Part shown: positions 52,664-63,369 of the stretch, in pieces | Layout of the letters: each line of letters opens with the position of its first letter | Position numbering within the stretch: the first letter of the stretch is position 1 | NCBI GenBank assembly: GCA_043228905.1 | Contig: JBHGNT010000007.1 | Span: 6,696,001 to 6,760,000, forward strand | DNA: 64,000 nucleotides | DNA from: Azolla caroliniana | Lineage: Eukaryota; Plantae; Polypodiophyta | Direction of reading: 5' to 3' | The notes under the pieces: model-generated | What the model was told of the DNA's origin: nothing | The model's database searches: none | What the model saw: the letters and a program-made list of their open reading frames with translations, nothing else | Program-made: the position numbers and the translations under genes

Positions 52664-55600
52664 TGTTGGAGACAATGTCGTCAATGCGGAAGATCTAGAA
52701 GCATTCGATTCTTCTGAATACCTGCGTATGACTGTTTCTATGTCGTTGCACAGAGAGAGAGTGAGAGAGAGAGAGAGACACAAAAGAGTTCTTTATTCAT
52801 AAACAAGAATACAACAAGCCTAACCTCACAAAGAGGTTACAAGGTCACTATATATAGGGACCGACTTAGGGCAACTGCCCTTTATGCTAATTACATAAAT
52901 AGCCAGAACGGGATAGTGTGAATACGTCCATTATACACTTGTATTCGACACTCCCCCGTAATGGGCGTATACATGGGTTATCTAAGATTACAGGTATAGA
53001 CTTAGGTTCTCGGACATATCAGCTTTGTTCGAGTCGGCAGGGTCCGAAGGCAGAAGACCGAACTGGTCGGGTCGGAACAGTTGAAGCCGATCATTAAGGA
53101 ACTGATGTCGGTTGTCGGGAACCATCCTGCTCTGTGTCCGGCTCTAACCGGACTGGTTTGTCGTTACGCCCATCTGATGCCGAAGAGACCGAAAGCGGTC
53201 TGCCGAAAGACACTTGGTCATTCCATCTGCGACATTGTTGGTTGTGGATATTTTCTCTAGACCGATTTTCCCTGAAATGACGCAGTCCCGAACGAAGTGA
53301 TATCGAACGTCGATATGTTTGGAGGCGTTGTGGTGAACCGGATTTTTCGACAAGGCAACAGCACCTTGACTGTCGCTGTAGACAACTGGAGCCGAGTCAT
53401 GGTCGACTTGTCGAAACGTGTGCGCCAGCCGACCGAGCCACAAAGCTTCTTTTGCTGCGTCGGACGCAGCTACATATTCTGCTTCGGTCGTTGAGGTCGC
53501 TGTGCACTCCTGAAGTTTCGACTTCCACGAGATTGCTCCATTGCCGAATTTGAAGCAGTATCCGGTTGTTGATTTCCGACTGTCTATACAGCCGGCGAAG
53601 TCCGAGTCAGTGTAACCGACTACGCCTGAGGTTCGGTTCGGACCGAAAAGAATGCCGTGGTCTTTTGTGTCAGCTAGATATCTAAACACATGCTTGACTG
53701 CGTTCCAATGCGATCGGCCAGGGTTGTGCATAAATCTGCTAACGACTCCTACGGCATGAGAAATATCAGGCCGTGTCGCGACCATCAGGTACATAAGGGA
53801 GCCGACTGCCGGTGCATACGGTACCGACTTCATATATTCCCCCTCCGGACCGGATGTCGGGCAGTCTCGCTGAGAGAGCCGAAGATTCATGGGGAGCGGG
53901 GTTGAAGCAGATTTGGCTGATTGCATGTTGAAGCGTTCCAAGACACGTCCGATATAGTCGGTCTGAGACAAAAAAAGATGTCGTTTATCGCGATGCCGAC
54001 TAATCTTCATGCCAAGTATGTGTCGTGCCGGACCGAGGTCCTTCATGGCAAACTTCAACCGCAGTTGCCGAATGAGATCGGCAAGTTCGCCCGCGTGGCG
54101 TCCAGAAAGTAGCATGTCGTCCACGTAGATGATGAGGAAGATGGGTGATCCATCTTGAGCTGTGTTGGTGAAAAGACAATGGTCCTCATCGCTTTTTGAG
54201 AAGCCGATCGATTGGATGAAGTCGTCGAACTTCTTGTACCATTGTCGCGGTGCCTGTTTGAGGCCGTATAGACTCTTCCTGAGTCGGCAGACTAGATGTT
54301 CTTGGCCAGTTGCCACGAAGCCTTTTGGCTGCTCCATATAAATTTCCTCGTCAAGATCACCATGGAGGAATGCTGTTTTGACATCTAGCTGAATCAGCTC
54401 CAAGTTGTCGGCTGCCACTACGCCGAGTAGGAAACGAAGGGTTGTCATTTTCACCACTGGTGAAAAAATCTCGTCGAAGTCGACGCCGTATTCTTGTCGG
54501 AAGCCCTTCGCAACTAGTCTGGCCTTGTACTTTGGGGTGGTCGAATCAGACGTCTCTTTTAGTCGATAGACCCATTTGCAAGGAAGAGCACGTCGGTTCC
54601 TAGGTAATTCGACCAGATCCCAAGTCTTGTTTGCCCGAATGGAGTGCATTTCCGACTCCATCGCCAGATGCCAGGTGGCTGAATCGACAGATGTCGATGC
54701 TTCCTCGTAAGACGTCGGTTCGCCGGCGTCGGTGAAGAAAATTCCAGGAGAATACCTCTCCGGAGGTTGCGACAGTCTCTCGGATCGTCGGGGTATGACT
54801 GGACTGGTCGCATCGGGTATCGAGGTCGAATGGTCCGAAAGCGAATCATTCGGCTGTGCCGAGTCGGAGTTGTCCGAGTCGGGAGTGTAAGGTTCAGCTA
54901 CCCGTGAAGCTGACCGTGTGTTAAGAGCAGGGCCTTCTTGAAGGGTCGGCACATCGGAAAATGTTACCCTTCGGACTTCAATCGGTTTTTCGACTGATGG
55001 ATTCATAGCCGACTCGTTGAACACAACGTCCGAACTTCGAACGATTTGTCTGCGTTCGGGGTCCCAGAGTCGGTATCCCATTTCGCCGTCTGATCCATAT
55101 CCAAGGAAAATGCATTTCCTGGACCGAGGTGCAAGTTTTCGGCGATCATCTTTCGGAATAAGGGCGTACGCCTCGCATCCGAAGATCCTCAGCTTGTCGT
55201 AATTCGGCTTACTGCCGATCCATAGTTCCTGAGGAATTTGAAGTCCTAGAGGTCTACTTGGCGACATATTGATTATGTGTACTGCCGTGAGTAGAGCCTC
55301 TGCCCAGAAGCCATCCGACAGTCCGGAGTGTTGGAGCATGGAAACTATCCTTTCTTGGATTGTCCTATTCATTCGTTCTACAATCCCGTTTTGCTCCGGA
55401 CTGTGTGGTGCCGTAAATTCACGTCGGATGCCGCGTTGTCGGCAGAATTTGACGAATTCTTCGGATTTGAACTCTCCCCCATTGTCTGTCCGAAAGCATT
55501 TCAGTTTTCGGTCGGTTTGATTTTCTACCATAGCGAGCCAGTCTGAGAAGATCGAGAAGACCCGATCTTTGGTGCGAATCGGATAAGCCCACACCTTTCG

Positions 55601-58033
55601 AGTCGAATCGTCAATAAAACTGACGAAGTAAGAGGCACCGCCGAGAGACTGATGCGGCATTGGGCCACAGACGTCCGAGTGGACTAAATCGAGAGGTCTC
55701 GTGTCTCTTGGTGCTGATGTCGGGTGTGAGGCGGCTGCTTGTTTGCCATACTGGCAATGCTCGCAGAATTGATGGTCCGAGAAGGAGAGTTTAGGGATGT
55801 ATCCGGCTCTAGATAGGTGCGTAATGCCGGCCTTGCTGAGGTGTCCTAGTCTTCTGTGCCATAGTGATGACACAGGAATATCCACCAAAAACAGGTTACC
55901 CTCTCTGAGCGTAACATGTAACGGATACAGTGAGTGTATCTTGGGTCCTCTAGCAAGCAGGAGGTTCCCCCTGTGGAGTGTCCACCCTCCCGAAGAAAAA
56001 CCGGCACGAATGCCGTCTTCATCTAGTTGTCCGACTGAGATCAATGGCCTTGAGAGCTCGGGTACATGTCGGACATTGTGGAGTACAAGTGTAGAGCCAC
56101 CTGCAAGGTTGAGCTCTACTGTGCCGATTCCGATGATGTCACAGTGTTGTGAGTTGCCGACTCGAACTGAGTCGGAGTGACGGATCGTATATTGCCGAAA
56201 TTGGGATCGATGAGGAGTCACGTGAAATGACGCGCCCGAATCTAAGAGCCATGTGCTCGATTCTTCAGTCGTGAGTAGAACTTCTGATCCGACTGGATTT
56301 TCGATTGATAGTATATTCGGGTCGTCCGGTAGTACATCAGCTGAGAAGCTGACGTAATTGATCTCCTCATGCCGGCCACTCTTCTTGTTGTTCTTGTTCT
56401 TGAGTGCGCGGCAGTCGGCTTTGATGTGTCCGGGTTTCTTGCAATAGTTGCAGATTCGGTTATCCCGTGACTGGCTCCGTCTTCGCTGATTGTTCGGCGG
56501 CCGTGAGGAATCTCTACCTCGTATGTTCGATCGGTCTGTCGAACCTTGTACTACGTAAGCGTCGTCTGTTGAGTCTTTGGCGAAAGACTTTCTCCGAGCT
56601 GCTTCGGTCAGGATTGCGCTCGTGACTTCGGAGTATTTAACAGCCGTGGTTGACGCGTTGCACACAGTTGTGACAAAAGTCTCCCATGATGAGGGAAGGC
56701 TGCTCATGAGTATCATTGCTCTGAGTTCATCCTCGATTGCCGTCCCCTGTGACGAGATTTGGGAGCTTATGCTTTCGTACTCATTGAGGTGTGCTTGAAC
56801 CGAATCGGATTCTTTCATCCGCAAGTTGTAGAGGCGCCGGATCAGAAACATCTTCGTTGCAGCGACCTTCTTTTCGTAGGTGTCCGACAGTGTTTTCCAC
56901 AGTTCGAATGCTGTCGTACACGATTGCACCGTGAAGTATACCGATTCCGATAGGTGCATCCGAATCGTGGCGCGGACAATTCTGTCCAGCTTCTGCCACT
57001 CAATTGGTTTGTATCCTTCTGGAGGTTCTTCATTTTCGATGGGATCGATCTGCCCCTTGACTATGAGATAGTCCTGCATTTGTTCCTTCCAGAAGTTGAA
57101 GTTCGATCCATCGAACTTTCGTAGACTCATTTCTGACGAGCCGGATGTTGATGCCATCAAATTCGGTTTTGGTTGACGAAGCTCGGTTCGGAGTTGACCA
57201 CGAACCTTGTTGGAGTGCAGCCGGTTGGCTCACCCGATATCGTTGTAGTCGGATTTTAACCCGAGTCGGTTCGGCTTCGGAACTTGCTCGAATACCGATT
57301 ATTGAAACCGATTATCTGGACCGATTCTGCTTCGGTTGACTGCAGCGACGAGAGAGACGGATCCAACTGATCCTCCCGAATGTCGATCAGCCAGATGAAG
57401 CACGAATTTGGGTTGTTGTCTTGAGACCGATCTGCACCGAGTGGTTACAATGAGCGGCGAGCAGCGTTTGATGACCTCTTCGGATGCCGTTTAACCGAAT
57501 GGAGCACGATCGTGTCAAAGTTGCACAAGGAGATTTCACCTCGAGCGATTACGATCACAAGGAACAGAGTACAACCTGATGGCTTACTCCAAGCAAGAAT
57601 GATCTAACGCGATGAGATGCAAACCTGGTTTTTCTTCTTCTTCTCTCTTTCTTCGAATGACGCGAATACTGTGCAGGCCGTGATGAAGTGAAGAACCGAA
57701 TGCTGTGCAGTCGGTGATGACGGCCGAACCTAGCTCTGATACCAGATGTTGGAGACAATGTCGTCAATGCGGAAGATCTAGAAGCATTCGATTCTTCTGA
57801 ATACCTGCGTATGACTGTTTCTATGTCGTTGCACAGAGAGAGAGTGAGAGAGAGAGAGAGACACAAAAGAGTTCTTTATTCATAAACAAGAATACAACAA
57901 GCCTAACCTCACAAAGAGGTTACAAGGTCACTATATATAGGGACCGACTTAGGGCAACTGCCCTTTATGCTAATTACATAAATAGCCAGAACGGGATAGT
58001 GTGAATACGTCCATTATACACTTGTATTCGACA
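52664..58033 (-). mobile_element. Intact full-length Ty1/copia LTR retrotransposon A2 (Tnt1/Tork-like), 5370 bp
   Basis: Two 287-bp LTRs (52664-52950 and 57747-58033) that read as identical, TSD GATGC (52659-52663 and 58034-58038), PBS TGGTATCAGAGC for tRNA-iMet (57733-57744), PPT ATTACGGGGGAG next to 52950, and a single uninterrupted ORF. Confidence 0.98.
53144..57157 (-). CDS. Copia Gag-Pol polyprotein (gag, CCHC zinc knuckle, protease, integrase, RT, RNaseH), about 1337 aa
   Basis: CNYCKKPGHIKADC, WLLDSGASFH, WHRRLGH...CEHC, VHSDVCGP/RTDNGGEF/QNGIVERMNRT, FLGY, QLDVKTAFLHG, IYVDDML, YTDSDFAG and ADGMTK. No stops. Confidence 0.97.
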   Translation of the reverse strand: MASTSGSSEMSLRKFDGSNFNFWKEQMQDYLIVKGQIDPIENEEPPEGYKPIEWQKLDRIVRATIRMHLSESVYFTVQSCTTAFELWKTLSDTYEKKVAATKMFLIRRLYNLRMKESDSVQAHLNEYESISSQISSQGTAIEDELRAMILMSSLPSSWETFVTTVCNASTTAVKYSEVTSAILTEAARRKSFAKDSTDDAYVVQGSTDRSNIRGRDSSRPPNNQRRRSQSRDNRICNYCKKPGHIKADCRALKNKNNKKSGRHEEINYVSFSADVLPDDPNILSIENPVGSEVLLTTEESSTWLLDSGASFHVTPHRSQFRQYTIRHSDSVRVGNSQHCDIIGIGTVELNLAGGSTLVLHNVRHVPELSRPLISVGQLDEDGIRAGFSSGGWTLHRGNLLLARGPKIHSLYPLHVTLREGNLFLVDIPVSSLWHRRLGHLSKAGITHLSRAGYIPKLSFSDHQFCEHCQYGKQAAASHPTSAPRDTRPLDLVHSDVCGPMPHQSLGGASYFVSFIDDSTRKVWAYPIRTKDRVFSIFSDWLAMVENQTDRKLKCFRTDNGGEFKSEEFVKFCRQRGIRREFTAPHSPEQNGIVERMNRTIQERIVSMLQHSGLSDGFWAEALLTAVHIINMSPSRPLGLQIPQELWIGSKPNYDKLRIFGCEAYALIPKDDRRKLAPRSRKCIFLGYGSDGEMGYRLWDPERRQIVRSSDVVFNESAMNPSVEKPIEVRRVTFSDVPTLQEGPALNTRSASRVAEPYTPDSDNSDSAQPNDSLSDHSTSIPDATSPVIPRRSERLSQPPERYSPGIFFTDAGEPTSYEEASTSVDSATWHLAMESEMHSIRANKTWDLVELPRNRRALPCKWVYRLKETSDSTTPKYKARLVAKGFRQEYGVDFDEIFSPVVKMTTLRFLLGVVAADNLELIQLDVKTAFLHGDLDEEIYMEQPKGFVATGQEHLVCRLRKSLYGLKQAPRQWYKKFDDFIQSIGFSKSDEDHCLFTNTAQDGSPIFLIIYVDDMLLSGRHAGELADLIRQLRLKFAMKDLGPARHILGMKISRHRDKRHLFLSQTDYIGRVLERFNMQSAKSASTPLPMNLRLSQRDCPTSGPEGEYMKSVPYAPAVGSLMYLMVATRPDISHAVGVVSRFMHNPGRSHWNAVKHVFRYLADTKDHGILFGPNRTSGVVGYTDSDFAGCIDSRKSTTGYCFKFGNGAISWKSKLQECTATSTTEAEYVAASDAAKEALWLGRLAHTFRQVDHDSAPVVYSDSQGAVALSKNPVHHNASKHIDVRYHFVRDCVISGKIGLEKISTTNNVADGMTKCLSADRFRSLRHQMGVTTNQSG

Positions 58034-59823
58034 GATGCCACCCTCTTACTGCTGCAACCGCCAGCACCACACGAACCGTCGTCATCTTTTCTACCAGAGC
58101 GAAGGTCTCGTCATAGTCGATTCCGTGGGTCTGCGCATATCCCTTCACCACTAACCGGGCCTTGTACCGGTTAACTGAACCGTCGGCGTTGTACTTTACC
58201 TTGTACACCCACTTGCATCCGATCGGTTTATAGTGACGGGGAGGGTCAACTAGGTCCCATGTCTCATTGACATCAAGTGCCCGCATTTCTTCCTCCATAG
58301 CGGCACGCCAACTTGCGTCCTTTGCCGCTTCTGCGTAGCTCTCCGGCTCACGCACTTCCGCCACCTTAGTCATGTACGCATAGTGATGCGCTGTTGAGAG
58401 ACAAGCTCAACATCGGCCGGATCGGCTGAAGAAGCCGAGGACCGGATCGGTTGGGACCGATCGGTTAGGCCGAATGCGTAAACCGGTACGCAGACCGATG
58501 CGTAGGTAGGGCCGGATCGGTGCGTAAATCGGGAGGCCGTTAGGAAAGATATTCCGTGAGGAATATATTTGGGAGTTAGTGTAGGAGCTCTGAATGAGCA
58601 TTGAAGTACTGTCAGTACTTCTGTCAGTCCTTCTAGGACTTGTATAAAAGTGTTCATTGAACACACATATGTATAGAGTGGTGAATAGAGTGTTGAATAT
58701 ACTTCTTGTCATTTTCCTCTCTCATTCTCTCTGTCTCTCCCGCGTATACTGTGTAAGCTCAAGCTCTCCATTAAACCTGAGTTTTCATCCATCTGTTCGG
58801 TCTTCATACTTGCTTTCGCACGCTACTTTCTACATGGTATCAGAGCGCGAGGGTTGAGAACCTCTCTGCAGCCGACACAACTTGACGAAGAAGAACAAGA
58901 AGAACGATGGATAGAGGCATGGTGAGCTCGCTTCCAACAGAGAAGCTCGACAGAACCAACTACGCGTCTTGGTCCTACAAGATGCACCAGTACCTACTCG
59001 GGCACAACTACTGGAGTTATGTCGAAGGAGCTAATGACGCGGCACCCGAATCGACACACAGAGGCTTCCCGTCGTGGGAGCAATCGGCGAGCAGGGTATT
59101 ATACTGCTTTGCGTCGTGTGTGGGCGAACAACTATTGAGCTATGTTCAGGATGCAAAGACGCCGAAGGGTGCGTGGGAAAATCTGAAGAAGATTTTCGCC
59201 GCGAGCACCACTGCCAGGAAGCTTCAGCTCCGACAGGAGTTGAGCAACCTACGACAACGCGACTTGTCAGTGGCAGACTATACCTCGAAGATCAAGGATA
59301 TTTGCGACTCCCTCGCCTCTATAGAGGTGAACATCGAGGAGAGCGAGATGGTCCAGATCTGTCTCGGAGGTTTGGCGTCGAAGTTCAGAGCGTTCCGAAC
59401 GACTGTGTGTACCCGGGAGAATACGCCGTCCTTTTTTGACTTACAGTCAATGCTCCTGGTAGAGGAGAACCACGCGGGTGCGTCTACAAGCACGCACACC
59501 GACAATAGAATGTTGTACACGGAGGGAGATAGGCCCCGTGGACGTGGAGGACGAGGCGAGTCGGCGCGCAATGGAGGCAACCGACGAGATCAAGGAAGAA
59601 GGCACCGAAGTGATGCCGACAGCAACTCCGGACCCTCCGGAAGCAGGGGGAGACGAAGCGATGAGAACCGGCAAGGGAAGGCCATCGCAGAGTGCTGGTA
59701 CTGTGGCAAGAAAGGCCATAGGGAAAGTGAGTGTTGGAAGAAGCGCGCCAATTCGGAGAGAACCGGTTCTGGAAACGGCTCTGGACATACCGACAAGGGA
59801 AATCAGCAGCGATCACACTACGC

Positions 59824-60866
59824 TATCGTGAAGATTTTCGGCAAGAGTGTGAAAATCCCATAAAACGTACGAAATCGAGTATGAATCACATAATACAATA
59901 ATTGTGAAGATAACATTTTAAATAAATTTAATATCTAAGTACAAAAAGATGGAGGTTTCGAATGCACTTTATTACACGAGAAACGGACAACTAAATGTCA
60001 AGATATGAGGGTATAAAGTTTGTGAAAGGAAAAAAGAAAATTGTGAGATATCCCACATAGGCACGACAAATACGGCTCTCATCATATATAAGGTAGAGCA
60101 AAAGATATTATCTTTGTGTTTATGTGTGGAGCATAGAGAGTTCAAGGTAACTTGAACTAAGAGTGGAGGTGGGCTAGCTACTTGTAAAGGGTTTTGGCCA
60201 ACCAAAACCGGATCGGCAATGGAGCTAGTGATCCGGCGAGGCACCGGTAACCGACGGCAACCGGCGAACCGGCGTCCGACGACTAGATAAATAAATATAT
60301 AAATATATATACATACATATTTACATATACAAGGAGGGCAAGTAAGGATTCGAACCTCGCACATCCAAGTTAGGAGTCAATTGGCTTACCATTAAGCCAT
60401 GCTATTTAGTTGAAATTATATTTCTATCATTGTACTTTTACATGTAAATTCTCATACATGAGAGCTAAAATGAGTGACATGGTTATCATGCACCACATGT
60501 AACACATAAGCGCCAAATGGCAAACATGCAATTTATGCATGTCTTGTACCCTCACATGCATCATATGCATGAGAGCATCTATAAAAGAAGGAAGGGGGAG
60601 GAGAAAAAACACGATTTTTTTTATGAAAATTAAGAGGAAGAAATTCGTTATCAAATTGATCTTGTAACTTGTTTCTTAAATATAAAGTTAAAACTTCAAT
60701 CAATCTCTCTCAATCGTGTGATCTCAACTTCTCTCTTTCCCAATCTATCTTAAGTACTTTCTTGCTAAAGCTTGCGCCAAAGCTTGTACCGACTTTGAAT
60801 CCTTCCGGTCCAAAACCCCGGCGGTTCTGCCTCACGATCCGCGCGTAGTGACGGATCTTCACGACA
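59824..60866 (+). mobile_element. Solo LTR (1043 bp) inserted between gag and protease of element C
   Basis: 12-bp inverted termini TATCGTGAAGAT / ATCTTCACGACA (TG mutated to TA) and 4-bp TSD ACGC (59820-59823 and 60867-60870). Removing it restores QQRSHYAKDSGRAGEGFAF. TATAAAA lies near 60580. Confidence 0.85.
60336..60406 (-). ncRNA. tRNA-like module (A/B boxes) inside the solo LTR
   Basis: Minus strand TAGCA-TG-GCTT-AATGGT-AAGC...CTCCTAA...GCGAGG-TTCGAAT-CCTTAC: a perfect D stem, canonical GGTTCGAATCC B-box and a CCT anticodon-like loop, with degenerate acceptor and anticodon stems. Confidence 0.6.
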
Positions 60867-63369
60867 ACGCCAAAGACTCCGGGAGAGCCGGAGAAGGGTT
60901 TGCCTTCGTGACGAGACACGAAGCAAACTCAATGAAATAGACCACCCCGAGATCGGACGAGGTGTGGTACGTAGACTCCGGCGCGTCAAACCACATGACG
61001 AGCCATAAGGAGTGGTTCTCGTACCTTGAAAAACCGATACAACCTAGAGTAGTCGCAACTGGAGACGACACTCCGCATCCGATCGCGAATGTCGGAGTAG
61101 TTCCCCTTAGCCATGTCGGGCAGAAAGGGAAACTCATGAACGTGCTGCACGTTCCGACAATCACGAAGAACTTGGTCTCAGTCGGACAGATCGTCGACCA
61201 AGGGATGGAGGTTCGCTTTACACACCTCGGGTGCTTCATTGAGGAAGAAGGCCGTGTGATTGCGCAAGGGCGGAGAGACGGGAGGATGTTCATCCTCGAC
61301 TCCATTGACGGCGGCACCGCAATGTTTGCGAAGGGACGAAAATCCGAGTCGGACATTGACTTGTGGCACAAGCGGATAGGCAATGTTAACTATCAACGGC
61401 TTCAAGATCTGCAATCGAAATAGGTAGTGTTCGGATTGCCCAAATTTAGTGGCCGAAAGGCACAAATTTGTGAAGCCTGCCAGCTCGGGAAGCAACACCG
61501 ACTTCCTTTCCCCAACGAGCGAAACTGGAGCCGGAACAAGCTCGACCTTATACACTCCGATGTATGGGGGCCAACACAAAACGTTAGTCTTGGCGGGAGC
61601 CGATATTTCGTCTCCTTCATCGACGACCACACGCGGCACACGTGGATCTACCTCATTGAAAGGAAGAGTGAAGTCTTCGACTGTTTCCGGGACCTCAAAG
61701 GGTTCGTGGAAACGGAAACGGGACGAAAGAGTACTTTTCCGGTCAATTCAACGGTTATCTACAACAAATGGGAATTCGGCGCGAATTCAGTTGTAGATAC
61801 ACGCAAGAGCAGAACGACGTGGCCGAGAGGAAGAATCGGTCAGTTGTGGAAGCGGCACGGGCAATGCTGGAGGAGAAGAGCTTGCCCAAGTTCTACTGGG
61901 CCGAGGCGGTAAGGACCACGGTGTACATCCAGAACCGGATCGGAGACAAAGTGTCGGCGCACGAGCTATATTTCGGAACGAAGCCAAACTTGCGACACTT
62001 GAGGGTGTTCGGTAGCCTTGTGTATGTGCATGTACCGAAGGAAAAAAGGAGGAAGCTGGACGCAAAGGCCGAGAAATGCATCTTGGTCGGTTACTCGGAC
62101 GAGCAGAAGGGTTTTAAGTGCTATAACCCTCGCACCAAACAAGCGTGTGTTAGCCGCGACGTTGTGTTTGACGAGTCCGCGTCCTGGTACCAGCCCCCGA
62201 CTTCGAAACCCGACTCCAATCTGAGCTCTGACGATGAGGTCATCGAGGCCGAGATGCCTCCGGATGAGCCCGAAATCGAGATTCGCGAAGAGAGTCCGAT
62301 TTCACTCCGTTTAAGTGGACCGATTGGACGACTGAGTCGGTATGACTAGTCCGATGAAGAGCCGGCGAGTAGTGGAGACTCGGCCGTGCATTCCCCGCGC
62401 AGGAAGACGAGGAGATGGCTTACCTGCAAAGAGAAAGGGAAGAAGAAGGTGTCGGATTCCGGCACAGATAGGAACGAGTTAGACCGACGCGAGTCCGACT
62501 CTGAGGGAACCGGTGACGGGTCTTTAAAGGTGAAGTCTGCGTCGACCGAGAAGGCCTTGACATCGGTTAATGCGAGATTACGCCGATCTACTCGCCAGAA
62601 GAATCCTGTCTTGCGGTTCGGATACAACAAGTACATGGCGCATCACTATGCGTACATGACCCGTGTAGCAGAAGTGCATGAGCCGGAGAGCTACATAGAA
62701 GCGGCTAAAGACGCGAATTGGCGTGCCGCGATGGACGAAGAGATGCACGCATTGGCAAAGAACGAGACTTGGGACCTGGTTGACGCACCAAGAGGAGTAA
62801 AACCGATTGGGTGTAGGTGGGTGTACAAAGTCAAGTACAAAACTGATGGCTCGGTCAACCGGTACAAGGCTCGGCTAGTGGCAAAGGGCTACGCGCAGAA
62901 ACACGGCATCGACTACGATGAGACATTTGCGCCGGTCGTGAAAATGACGACCGTCCGTGTTTTGCTTGCAGTAGCTACGATGAAGGGGTGGCACTTACAT
63001 CAGATGGATGTAAAGAATGCGTTCCTGCAAGGTGACCTTGAGGAACAGGTGTACATGACACAACCCCCCGGATTTTACTCCGGAACGAACTCCTCGGCAG
63101 TATGCCGACTGAAGAAGTCCCTTTATGGACTGAAGCAAGCCCCGCGTGCCTGGAACGCGAAGATTACGCAACAACTGCGTCGAATGGGCTTCGTCACGTC
63201 AAAATCGGACTCTTCCCTATTCATTCAGAAAGGTCGACTCGGACCAGTTAGTATTTTACTATATGTTGATGACTTGGTCATCACCGGCGCCGACCTAGGT
63301 GAAATCGACCGCGTGAAGCTCCAACTTGCGGTATTGTTCGACATGAAGGATCTGGGGGACCTTCATTAC

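Larger units (their letters stand above)
50354..58391 (-). mobile_element. Copia element B (nest host): 3' LTR, RNaseH and RT, interrupted by A2 and by C; the rest lies beyond C and outside the window
   Basis: 3' LTR at about 50354-50806 (TGTTGAGC...ACA on the minus strand), PPT TTGAGGGGGAG at 50807-50817, RNaseH YTDADWA...RRSTSGY...TKHIEVHYHF...ADIFTK, and RT LYVDDL. GWHL|HQMD is split by A2 and AHHYAYMTKVAEVREPESY is cut by C. An in-frame stop lies near 52625. Confidence 0.92.
58392..63369 (+). mobile_element. Copia element C (related to B), inserted into B in the opposite orientation; defective and itself interrupted twice
   Basis: 5' LTR 58392-58834 (TGTTGAGA...CTACA, similar to the LTR of B), PBS TGGTATCAGAGC at 58835-58846, gag 58907-59823 with CWYCGKKGHRESEC, protease WYVDSGASNHM, integrase IHSDVWGP/AERKNR, and RT up to MKDLGDLHY. 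Stops near 60938, 61421 and 62347, plus a frameshift in integrase. Confidence 0.93.

Noticed and set aside
53297-57339. Antisense ORFs over the copia polyprotein
   Set aside because: These short opposite-strand ORFs are expected shadows of a GC-balanced long ORF and have no motifs.
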